19,164 nucleotides of DNA from Candidatus Undinarchaeota archaeon (GTDB taxonomy: Archaea > SpSt-1190 > JASMDC01): NCBI GenBank assembly GCA_964519305.1, contig CAZFHY010000031.1:1-19164 (forward strand), written 5' to 3'. Both the position numbers and the translations under genes were made by a program. Each line of letters opens with the position of its first letter. The stretch's first letter is position 1. The notes beneath the pieces were generated by a model. It saw only the letters and a program-made list of their open reading frames with translations, ran no database searches and was not told the DNA's origin. Shown here piece by piece: positions 8,068 through 16,446 of this stretch.

Positions 8068-9698
8068 TGGCGAGCACCTTCCGTATCATCTCTGTTCTTC
8101 TCGGAAGCTTCTTGCCCGCCCTCATCTGTCCGCAGTGCTTGAAGAGTGAGCGGGATCCCTCCGGTCAGAGTGTATGTCTTGTAGAGGAGCATGAGCTGGC
8201 GCATCTGGTTCTCGTTGTGCGTGAGTGATCCACCACGTAGCCGAGAGGCCAAGAAGATACTCAGGTCTTCTACAGGATCGTAGAACGAACCCTTGATCCC
8301 ACACTCACTACCCTGGAGCTCTTGAAGGAGCACCGCAACAGCACATGACGCGCACCGAGTACCCTGGCAGCTCCCGTTACCGAGACGTGTGCGTCGTCGG
8401 AGGTCGTCGAGGGAGCGCACCCAACCCGTCCGGACCATGAGTGCCACCTCCGATGTCCTGATCCCTTCGCATGGACAGATGATCGGGCCTTCACTACTTG
8501 TGGCCAAGCTACCGCCGTGTCGGGAACGGACCCGCTCGTCCACGAACGCAGCGGCCGACCAGAGGCCAGGATACGTCTCACCCGGTTCAATGATAGGTTC
8601 GGTTGCGGTTGTACAACGGGCACGTACACCTAGTTTACGGCACACGAGGTCCGCGGCCTCTTCAGCGATTAGTCGGAAGGTCGTGAGCTTTCCACCTGCC
8701 ACGAGGACGAGGTTACCGAGGTCGCGTACTAAGTGAGCCCGTGCCATCTGTCGCCCGGGCTCTGGTGATGATATTCCAGTGATCAGCGACCGCACTCCTG
8801 AGTACGAACGAATAATCCGCATCGAGCCGCTCGTCGGGCATAGATCGGCAGCTTCTCGCACTAGTAGTTCGATCTCTTTGATACTCGGAGACGGCCGACG
8901 GAATCCATCGTCGTCGACGGGGACCGAGGTGGTACCGAAGATGGTTGCCGTTTGGTTGGGGACGAATATATCGCCGTCGGACGGTGGACGGAGCCGATGG
9001 ACCACACCATCGAAGATTCGCTCAGAGAACACGAGCATGGTGCCCCGAGTGTGCGCGAGTTGTACATGAGCTTCGCCCGGGGATGAGGTCTTTCCGATCC
9101 ATGGTCCGGTTGCATCGACGCATATATCAAAACCGACACGTTCGATGCTGCCATCCCGATGCCGTATCTTTGCCTCTCCTTCCTTGAGCTCTATGACCTC
9201 TGCATGGTTGATGATATGCGCACCTCTCTCATCAGCGCTACGAGCGAGGTGGTACACGAGGGCGAAAGGATCGATGGCGGCATCATCAGTCATGAAACCC
9301 GCCACGACCTTATTTGAGATGAGCGGCGATCGCTCAATAATATCTCGAGTATCGAGCATCTCTGTGCGGACACCGGTGTCCCTTGCGCAAACAGCGAACT
9401 GTTCACGATACTCCTCTGGATCGCTCTCCAGGGCGACAAAGAGCCCTTGATACTCTTCGACGAGGGGGCCAGCGGTTCTCCTTAAGATGCGGTTCTCCTC
9501 GGCACATGCTCGAGCTGTAGTGGGGTCAGAGACAGCGTAACGACCACCTCCATGGAGAAGTCCATGACATCGCCCGGTCGTACCTGCGCACAGGTCGTCG
9601 CGCTCCACGAGCACACATCCGATCCCTCTGAGCGTCAGGTCCCAAGCGATACCAAGACCGATGACACCACCACCAATGATGAGCACATGCTCCCGCAT
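8064..9698 (-). CDS. glpA: Anaerobic glycerol-3-phosphate dehydrogenase subunit A
   Basis: IIGGGVIG, TTGRCHGLLHGGGRYAVSD, RPPSDGDI, GGKLTTFRL, and a C-terminal BFD-like 2Fe-2S region ICPCE...RRRTRLGNGSCQGTRC. Confidence 0.93.
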   Translation of the reverse strand: MREHVLIIGGGVIGLGIAWDLTLRGIGCVLVERDDLCAGTTGRCHGLLHGGGRYAVSDPTTARACAEENRILRRTAGPLVEEYQGLFVALESDPEEYREQFAVCARDTGVRTEMLDTRDIIERSPLISNKVVAGFMTDDAAIDPFALVYHLARSADERGAHIINHAEVIELKEGEAKIRHRDGSIERVGFDICVDATGPWIGKTSSPGEAHVQLAHTRGTMLVFSERIFDGVVHRLRPPSDGDIFVPNQTATIFGTTSVPVDDDGFRRPSPSIKEIELLVREAADLCPTSGSMRIIRSYSGVRSLITGISSPEPGRQMARAHLVRDLGNLVLVAGGKLTTFRLIAEEAADLVCRKLGVRARCTTATEPIIEPGETYPGLWSAAAFVDERVRSRHGGSLATSSEGPIICPCEGIRTSEVALMVRTGWVRSLDDLRRRTRLGNGSCQGTRCASCAVAVLLQELQGSECGIKGSFYDPVEDLSIFLASRLRGGSLTHNENQMRQLMLLYKTYTLTGGIPLTLQALRTDEGGQEASEKNRDDTEGARQ

Positions 9699-10639
9699 CA
9701 GTGCACCTCTTTATACCGGAATAGCAGAACACCCAGTCCAAGGAGGGAGATCGCCAGCAGTCCACTGGTGGCGAACGAGCGTGCAGGACTGACCAGATCG
9801 TTCCTCGGGAGAGATGAGAACATGAGACCTTGGTCCGGGTCCATGAACGGTTTGGTGACGTCGTACGCACCTGTGAAAGTTCCCAAGAACATCTGGATCT
9901 CTGGCGGGATGCGTATCCCCGCACCTCCTTCGACAAGTGAGACGAACATGTTACCGAAGTGATAACCAGCATCTACGTAATGGAGAGAGTAGTCCTCATA
10001 GAGGCCGGATGCCATGGTGAAAGCCCGTACCTGTATGAACCCTAGGAAGGTCACCATTGCGAAGAATCCCAATCCCATTATGATGAACGCCGTTCGTTTC
10101 GTGATAGCCGAAAGAGCGATGGATACAGCCCCCCAGACGAGGACCACGAAGAGCGAGTACACGACCAGCATAGGCACCATACCGAGTAGGAGGCGCAGTA
10201 CATCGTACTCGAGTTCCATGGTAAGGAACCACATGTAGGGTACCGCTATCAGTGCAGCGGTCTGTACCAGCATCATATAGGTGACGAATCCTATAAAGCG
10301 CCCCAGAACGATATCGTGGCGCTCTATAGGTTTGGATACCAACAACAGGAGCGTTCCACCGTTCTCCTCGCCAGAGATGAATCCAGCACAGCTGGATATT
10401 GTGTGCATGATTAGCGGGACGCCAGCGACCCATATGAACAGGAGGACTGAAAGGTAACCTGCAAGGATTGTGCCTTGGGTTCCCAATGGAAGGCTTTCAG
10501 TGTCCACGAGGTGGTTTTCCTTTGCTGCACCTGCGAAAATGAAAGGGACGAACAAAACGACAGCGATGTAGAGGAACGTACGTCTGAAAGTGGCCATGTC
10601 CGTGAACGTGCGCTTGGCGATGACCGATATACCACTCAT
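9698..10639 (-). CDS. ABC-2 type transporter permease
   Basis: About six hydrophobic segments and the motif ISGEENGGTLLLLVSKPIERHDIVLGRF. Start placed at ATG 10639 (MSGISV), which forms an ATGA overlap with the ATPase stop, rather than 10702. Confidence 0.9.
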   Translation of the reverse strand: MSGISVIAKRTFTDMATFRRTFLYIAVVLFVPFIFAGAAKENHLVDTESLPLGTQGTILAGYLSVLLFIWVAGVPLIMHTISSCAGFISGEENGGTLLLLVSKPIERHDIVLGRFIGFVTYMMLVQTAALIAVPYMWFLTMELEYDVLRLLLGMVPMLVVYSLFVVLVWGAVSIALSAITKRTAFIIMGLGFFAMVTFLGFIQVRAFTMASGLYEDYSLHYVDAGYHFGNMFVSLVEGGAGIRIPPEIQMFLGTFTGAYDVTKPFMDPDQGLMFSSLPRNDLVSPARSFATSGLLAISLLGLGVLLFRYKEVH

Positions 10640-11664
10640 CGTTGATACCCTCCGATACGCGAGTAGTAGTCCGTGACCGATCCGCTGAGCGATTCCTGCC
10701 ACTCACCACTCATCTCTTCCTTGTGCTTCTCTTCCCATCCTTCCCCTATGACGGTCATGAAGATGCTCTCGAGACTGAACTCCTTGGCGGTAAAGGCATT
10801 GAGCGAGAGCCCGTTGTCGGCAAGGAGTTTGGGTAACGCGAAGCGCAGCCTTTCGGTGTCCGCCGCCGTGATGTTCACTTTGTGCTCCTTGTCCAGCCAC
10901 ACCTTGTCAGCCGAAGCTTCTTGAGATAGAAGGCTGAATGCTTGCTGGTTGTCCGATGCATCGAGGATGAAATGGTTACCTGCGAACTCCTGCTTCAGTC
11001 CATCGATCGAGTTCTCGACTACAGTACGACCGCGATTGATGATGGTAACCTCATCGGACACCTTCTCGATCTCGGAGAGGATGTGCGATGATATGAGCAC
11101 GGTCAGCTCCCTCTCGGTCACAAGTTCTCGCAGCTTCTTGAGCAGTCCGTACCGGGCTACAGGATCGAGGTTGGATGTAGGCTCGTCAAGGATGAGTATA
11201 TCGGGCTCGTGGATGAGCGCCTGTACAAGGGAGAGCTTCTGGCTCATGCCCGCTGAGAAACCTTGGACGCTCCGGTCCTTGGCGTGCTCCAGGTCAAAGG
11301 TCTCCAACAGTTCTTCACCTCTTGAGCGCGCAAGAGCGCCGTCACCCCCACAGATTCGCCCCATCAGTTCGAGGTAATCAAGGGCGTTCATGTCATAGAA
11401 CCGGGGGTGCTCTGGAGAATATCCGATGAGCGAGCGGGCCCTCACACTACCGGCAGGTTCGCCCATGACGGACGCGGAACCCTGAGTGGGACGTATCGCA
11501 CCGATGAGCATCTTGATCGTGGTTGTCTTCCCTGCACCGTTGAGCCCGAGGAATCCATGGACCGTGCCCTTCTCTACCCGGAGGTTCAGCCCGTCCACGG
11601 CCCTGAAGCGACGCTTCCAGAAACCGAAATCCTTAGTGAGCCCATCGGTCTCGATGGCATACAT
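10636..11664 (-). CDS. ABC transporter ATP-binding protein (exporter type)
   Basis: Walker A GLNGAGKTT, signature FSAGMSQK, Walker B LILDEPT, H-loop SSHIL. Confidence 0.96.
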   Translation of the reverse strand: MYAIETDGLTKDFGFWKRRFRAVDGLNLRVEKGTVHGFLGLNGAGKTTTIKMLIGAIRPTQGSASVMGEPAGSVRARSLIGYSPEHPRFYDMNALDYLELMGRICGGDGALARSRGEELLETFDLEHAKDRSVQGFSAGMSQKLSLVQALIHEPDILILDEPTSNLDPVARYGLLKKLRELVTERELTVLISSHILSEIEKVSDEVTIINRGRTVVENSIDGLKQEFAGNHFILDASDNQQAFSLLSQEASADKVWLDKEHKVNITAADTERLRFALPKLLADNGLSLNAFTAKEFSLESIFMTVIGEGWEEKHKEEMSGEWQESLSGSVTDYYSRIGGYQR

Positions 11665-14600
11665 CAGGGACCACCCCTTACGTACAGGTATGTCCGTCGC
11701 CCCAAGTAGCCAACGAGGGAGAGCAGAATTATACCGTTGATGATCCAGTGTGCCAGGACCTTGCGCTTCACAGTGACCGATACGTGGGAGTAGGTGCTCC
11801 CGCCAAAACCATCGGTGGTCCTGAGGCTCACCTGATGGGTACCGGAAGGAAGGTCCAGGTATGTATTGGAAGAGCTGGTCCGGGCCACTACATTACCGTC
11901 CACCAGCACAGAGGTGATGACGTTGGACTGTTGTTGCCAGGTCATCTCGAATCCCGCATTCACCTCGTCCCCGTCAGATGGAGAGGTTATCGGAACGTCC
12001 CAGTCCGCTCCTACGACGTATACGTCACCAGCCGTCGATGTGACGATGATGTCCCGTACATCACCAAGATTGAACACGCCCGAACCGCGGATACCCAGTT
12101 CACGCACGATACGCCCCGTGGCGACGTCGAGAACAAAGAGTGTCGGGGATGGTCGCCCCCCCTCGCGCCCAACAAGAGCTGTGAAGGCAAGCTCACGACG
12201 CCCGTCCCCAGTGATGTCGTTGACCGTCGACACCGCGACCGCGGGCTGGAACTGGTCGATATCCATCCGTCCCTTGAAGAGATGTACTCTATCTATCTCC
12301 TTACCGGAGACTAGGCTGTAGAACGTTACCGTGATATCCCTCTGCCACATTGCGGTGGCCACGACGGCCAGATCGTTCACGCCGTCGCCGTCCTGGTCTT
12401 TGACCACAGTAGCGGGTTCGACGTTCTCGATGCGTAGGGTATCGAGCATCCACGTCTCCAGGGGTCGCGGGTATCGCCACTCACCCATGTTGGAACCGGA
12501 CTGTTTCACTACCAGTTCGGGCCCCTGTGGGCCCCACCGCTTGAACTGTAGAAGGTCGTCAGACCCATCTCCATCAATGTCAGGGATCCAGCGTCCACCT
12601 CCTGAACCGTCACCGTCTATTGTGAGAACTACATTCCCGAACCGACTGTCAAGGACAACGACCTGCTCGGGCATATCCCGGCGGTGCACACGAACCTCGA
12701 TGTCCTGACGACCGTCCCCCGTGGCGTCATCCACCAGACGGATGCTCTCTTTGTTGAAGTTAGCGTCTTCGGGGCTCCATCGCCACAAAGGCCGCCAGCC
12801 CCCAGAGCGCTCGCTCTTAAGCACTTGAACCTCCTTCCAGGTTGCCAGAAGGAGCTCGTCAATACCATCATTGTTGAAATCGCCCACGGAAAGTACGACG
12901 TTCCGGTCATTCTCGAGGAACGACCATTCGAGTTCTTTCACGCGGTCTTCCTCCTCCTTACCGTCCTTGAAGGGATCCTTGAAGGACCATGTCTGCCCGG
13001 TCCTGGTAAGGAAGGATTTGCCGGTAAGCCCGTCGAGGATGTAAACCTCACGCCAGCCGCTCACGAGCACGTCGTCCACACCGTCCCCGCTAAGGTCCGA
13101 CAGGGTATCGATCGCCACGACACGCTTGCGGATGCGCAAATCCTGCTCGCGCTCCTTGATTTCCTGGTGCATGCTCCGGGCCCGTTCCTCAGCGTTCCTG
13201 AGCTGATTGCGCTCCTCCTCTTCCTCAGGAGTGCGTTCTCGCTTCCATTCGAGACGCTTCAGTCGATCCGCATCGACACCCAATCTCTGCTCGATGATCG
13301 ACGGGTCCTTGAAGATATCGTTCCAGGTACCATAATGTGTCCCTTCCGCCACCGGGGTGCGCCAGATGTCGGTGCCCGTGGCTCCGGAGATTAGCACGAT
13401 ACGTGTCCGCTCACCGTACTGGTCCCCCCAATCCCAGTCGCCAGGTGCTTGGACGAACGCGAGGATATCGTGTTTACCGTCCCCGTCCATGTCTGCGGTC
13501 AGTCGTACCTGCTGTAGTGCTAACCCAGAGAGCATGTCCTTGATAGGTACACGATACTCCCACACCTGCTCATGTGTCGCGCCGTCCATGACGAAAAGAA
13601 GACGGGAGGTGCCCTGATCATTATAGTCCTGGGGATTCGTACGCTCAGATGAGAGCGCCAAAAGGTCCGGATTCCCGTCACCTACGAGGTCCGCGGTGAG
13701 GTAGGTAAGCCCTGCATAGCGAGGATAGCTCCACTGTACCCTTCCGCGCATATCGAGCATCACCAGGTCGGTGCGGTCGGATGCTAGTATCACTCCGTCG
13801 CCGAAGGGCAGCAGCCACATCGATGACTTGTCAAAGGCGAGCGTCATGTTCGGTTTATAGGGTGCTAGCTCGGTCATGTTGGCGGCCCACAGACGGCTCA
13901 TACCTGACGTGGTAGGCATCAGAAGTGTCTCGCCAATGACAGGTATGCGCTCGACCTTCTGGAGCCCAGCATCATGCCTGCTCCAAATAATGTCCCCCAT
14001 ACGGGAGGAGAGGGCAACTAATAGCCGCTTCTTCCCCATGTAACCCCGGCCTTGCTGCTGCTGATCGCCTCCGCCGGGCCAGGTGGCCGCCACGATGTCC
14101 TCCTGCCCATCCCCATCGACATCGGGGATAATGGAAATATGGATGTTGAAGTAGTTGTCCATATCCGGGGTGGTAGGGGATAGAGAGGGCCCACGTTGCC
14201 CCTCCTGATAATACCTTGAGAGCATAAGATTATCGTACTCTAGCACAGTAGTGTTCCATACAACGCGTCCAGCTCGCCCATTGATGAGAACCACGTTACC
14301 ATCCTCGGTAGATACTACGAGGGAGTCACCGAGCGGGATGATGTCCCACACGCTACGAGTGACCGTTCCCATCTCGCGGTCCGATCGTGGATCACGGAGC
14401 ACTAGGGGTTCAGCGGCACGGATCGACCAGAGTTCCTTTCCCGAACGTGCATCGATAAGATGAAGGTGTCCATCCTGACTTCCCGCCGCTATGTCCGGCC
14501 AACCATCACCCGAGAGGTCGTGCGTGGCGAGGACCCGGAACACGTCGTTTGCCGCATCGAACCGCCAGGACAGTTCGCCTGTGATCCCGTTCAACAGGAG

Positions 14601-15104
14601 CACGGTGGACCCTGAGGCCGCCACCAGGTCCAGAGCACCATCACCGGTAACATCGCCGATGGTGGCAAGGTCCCACGTGATGGTCTCAGCATCGGTCCAT
14701 CGGAGCTGGGGGTCGTAGGCTTCCACAGTGGGCGTGTAGCTCCAGTGGATCGCACCTAGTCCGTCAAGCGCTACGATGTTCGGGAACACCTGGTCTCGTG
14801 TCGAAAAATAGAACAGGTCGCCTGCCCGCGCGATGTCCGTTACGGCCGAAGATGCCGCTAGGAACGCGACACGCCTCCCCGATGCGTCGATGATATGGAC
14901 ACCACTGTCTGTCCCGATTGCGATCCGGTCGTCCCAAGTTTGAAGGGAGGTAATACTTCCCGATAGACCGCTTGAGATGTGAGCAATGATGTCCTCACCC
15001 GCGGTCACGATGGGGGCGGTGAGCATGATGGCTATGAGTGCGATAGTCGCCCAACGGGGCCTGTGCGCCCAGCTCTCGCTCACGTAACGTGCGTACCGCC
15101 GCAC
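11664..15104 (-). CDS. Large membrane-anchored beta-propeller surface protein with FG-GAP/VCBS-type Ca-binding and PQQ-like repeats
   Basis: N-terminal signal-like segment (RPRWATIALIAIMLTAPIVTA). Eleven DxxGDG-type loops (e.g. DVTGDGALD, DVDGDGQED, DMDGDGKHD, DFNNDGIDE, DQDGDGVND) and repeated DxxxGxxxW blades. Ig-like ITSPSDG...VDG...GTHQV domain and a C-terminal TM helix followed by RR. Start is GTG 15104 or GTG 15083. Confidence 0.9.
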   Translation of the reverse strand: MRRYARYVSESWAHRPRWATIALIAIMLTAPIVTAGEDIIAHISSGLSGSITSLQTWDDRIAIGTDSGVHIIDASGRRVAFLAASSAVTDIARAGDLFYFSTRDQVFPNIVALDGLGAIHWSYTPTVEAYDPQLRWTDAETITWDLATIGDVTGDGALDLVAASGSTVLLLNGITGELSWRFDAANDVFRVLATHDLSGDGWPDIAAGSQDGHLHLIDARSGKELWSIRAAEPLVLRDPRSDREMGTVTRSVWDIIPLGDSLVVSTEDGNVVLINGRAGRVVWNTTVLEYDNLMLSRYYQEGQRGPSLSPTTPDMDNYFNIHISIIPDVDGDGQEDIVAATWPGGGDQQQQGRGYMGKKRLLVALSSRMGDIIWSRHDAGLQKVERIPVIGETLLMPTTSGMSRLWAANMTELAPYKPNMTLAFDKSSMWLLPFGDGVILASDRTDLVMLDMRGRVQWSYPRYAGLTYLTADLVGDGNPDLLALSSERTNPQDYNDQGTSRLLFVMDGATHEQVWEYRVPIKDMLSGLALQQVRLTADMDGDGKHDILAFVQAPGDWDWGDQYGERTRIVLISGATGTDIWRTPVAEGTHYGTWNDIFKDPSIIEQRLGVDADRLKRLEWKRERTPEEEEERNQLRNAEERARSMHQEIKEREQDLRIRKRVVAIDTLSDLSGDGVDDVLVSGWREVYILDGLTGKSFLTRTGQTWSFKDPFKDGKEEEDRVKELEWSFLENDRNVVLSVGDFNNDGIDELLLATWKEVQVLKSERSGGWRPLWRWSPEDANFNKESIRLVDDATGDGRQDIEVRVHRRDMPEQVVVLDSRFGNVVLTIDGDGSGGGRWIPDIDGDGSDDLLQFKRWGPQGPELVVKQSGSNMGEWRYPRPLETWMLDTLRIENVEPATVVKDQDGDGVNDLAVVATAMWQRDITVTFYSLVSGKEIDRVHLFKGRMDIDQFQPAVAVSTVNDITGDGRRELAFTALVGREGGRPSPTLFVLDVATGRIVRELGIRGSGVFNLGDVRDIIVTSTAGDVYVVGADWDVPITSPSDGDEVNAGFEMTWQQQSNVITSVLVDGNVVARTSSSNTYLDLPSGTHQVSLRTTDGFGGSTYSHVSVTVKRKVLAHWIINGIILLSLVGYLGRRTYLYVRGGP

Positions 15105-15145
15105 TTTTAAAAAGCCTCACACACGCGCCCGCGGCCCTTTTAAAA
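15105..15145. promoter_or_regulatory. Two palindromic TTTTAAAA TATA-like boxes in the divergent spacer
   Basis: TTTTAAAA at 15105-15112 and 15138-15145, separated by GC-rich DNA. Either could serve the minus-strand operon. Confidence 0.55.
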
Positions 15146-15190
15146 CACCCGGCGTCAGTAATAGTGTTGGAGCATCACCTCTGACAGCGC

Positions 15191-15210
15191 TCCAGTGGAA
15201 ATGAGGGGGT
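15191..15210 (+). promoter_or_regulatory. Origin recognition box (ORB)-like Orc1/Cdc6 binding site
   Basis: TCCAGTGGAAATGAGGGGGT has the TCCA-G-TGGAAA dyad core followed by a G-string, as in described archaeal ORBs. It is intergenic. Confidence 0.7.
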
Positions 15211-15270
15211 GTGTCTCAGGTGCTCAAGGTATGCCAACCAATTTAACAGAGCACCGTCTTCCTCTTTTCG

Positions 15271-16446
15271 ATGCATGCTGAACGACGGGTCCTGACTCGC
15301 CCACGCTTCTCTTTTCCAGCAGGGGAGCCCGTCACGGCCTCCGCAGCGCTGGGCTTGACGGGCAAACATCCGTCCGGAGCGCACCATACACAACGCTTGG
15401 CCGCGACAATGCTCATTGGAGGACGGTACCGTAAAGTGCTCGTTACACTATCGCCACACGCTCTCGTCATTGAGCGGTGCGACCGACAGGTCCGTCTCGT
15501 TGCGTGCGCCCCCCATGCGATCGAGCAGGGTGGTGATGACACCCTTGATCATGATATCTGGACCGGAGATGAGGCTATTGAGCTTATCCGGTCCGGTGCC
15601 GTGGACCGTTGTGTGATATCGCTCCATAACCGTGGTCTGCTCGACTTCAATCGTTTTCCATCACAACCGTTTGTCCAGTATGGCCGCACAGTTAGGAACC
15701 CACCCTACAGCCAGCCCAATCCATACCACGGTTCACTTGACGCGAACGTGGTGCTCGACCTTCACGGATTCAGGTCAGGGAGCCGCAGCCGAGGTATAAT
15801 CCTGGGGATCGGGAGGGTCGACGAGCTGACAATGAGGGATAGTAGGTTCGTGGCCGCAGTCCGGGGCGGCGCGTCCTTTGGATCCCGCCTCCTTGTGAAA
15901 ATCGCTCGTGAGGCGCTCCGGCGTGTCCCCGGCAAGACACTAGAACTACATGCATCCCTTGACATGGCACGGCTCTCCCGAATTGCAGGCAACACGCCTC
16001 GACTCGTTCTCAGTGATGAACGCTTGACAGGAATGGGATTCGAGAGTGGAGAGCGTGTCGCCCTCGGGCTCATTCATGATCGTAGCGGCCGGGTTGCAGG
16101 GGTGGAGGCGTGCCGTGAGGCCGCGGACACCGACGGTGAGCTCATCGTCGAGTCCGGCGACCGTGAAAGGGTGGAACTCCCGCCGTCATTCAAGACAACG
16201 GAACGGCTCGACCTGAGCGGCCGAAACGTATTCACGTTCACCGGACGAGGATTCCGTCTTCGCAAGGGGAGCGTATTCCGTCGCTATCTCCCCGGATTGC
16301 GTAACTACACTTTCCGCTATCTTGCACAGAAAGGTGTCGCTTGTGTCCAGGTCGAACAGACCAAGGAAGTACGAAAGACCTTCGCGCAACAGCTCACCGC
16401 GTCAGGGTGCGTCTTTCGCGTTCCAGAAGATCAACGTTGGATGTAG
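15271..16446 (+). CDS. N-formylglutamate amidohydrolase-like Zn-dependent hydrolase
   Basis: Motifs in the expected order: APHA, DIWTG, RGLLDFNR, PYH, VLDLHG, IILG, VQVE. True start may be ATG 15409. The 3' end overlaps the convergent gene by 16 bp. Confidence 0.65.
   Translation: MHAERRVLTRPRFSFPAGEPVTASAALGLTGKHPSGAHHTQRLAATMLIGGRYRKVLVTLSPHALVIERCDRQVRLVACAPHAIEQGGDDTLDHDIWTGDEAIELIRSGAVDRCVISLHNRGLLDFNRFPSQPFVQYGRTVRNPPYSQPNPYHGSLDANVVLDLHGFRSGSRSRGIILGIGRVDELTMRDSRFVAAVRGGASFGSRLLVKIAREALRRVPGKTLELHASLDMARLSRIAGNTPRLVLSDERLTGMGFESGERVALGLIHDRSGRVAGVEACREAADTDGELIVESGDRERVELPPSFKTTERLDLSGRNVFTFTGRGFRLRKGSVFRRYLPGLRNYTFRYLAQKGVACVQVEQTKEVRKTFAQQLTASGCVFRVPEDQRWM

Noticed and set aside
10640-10702. 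Longer permease start at 10702
   Set aside because: It would overlap the ATPase gene by 67 bp; ATG 10639 gives the ATGA coupling seen elsewhere in the operon.
12684-13394. 236 aa antisense ORF in the propeller gene
   Set aside because: Antisense shadow typical of GC-rich coding DNA; no recognisable domain.
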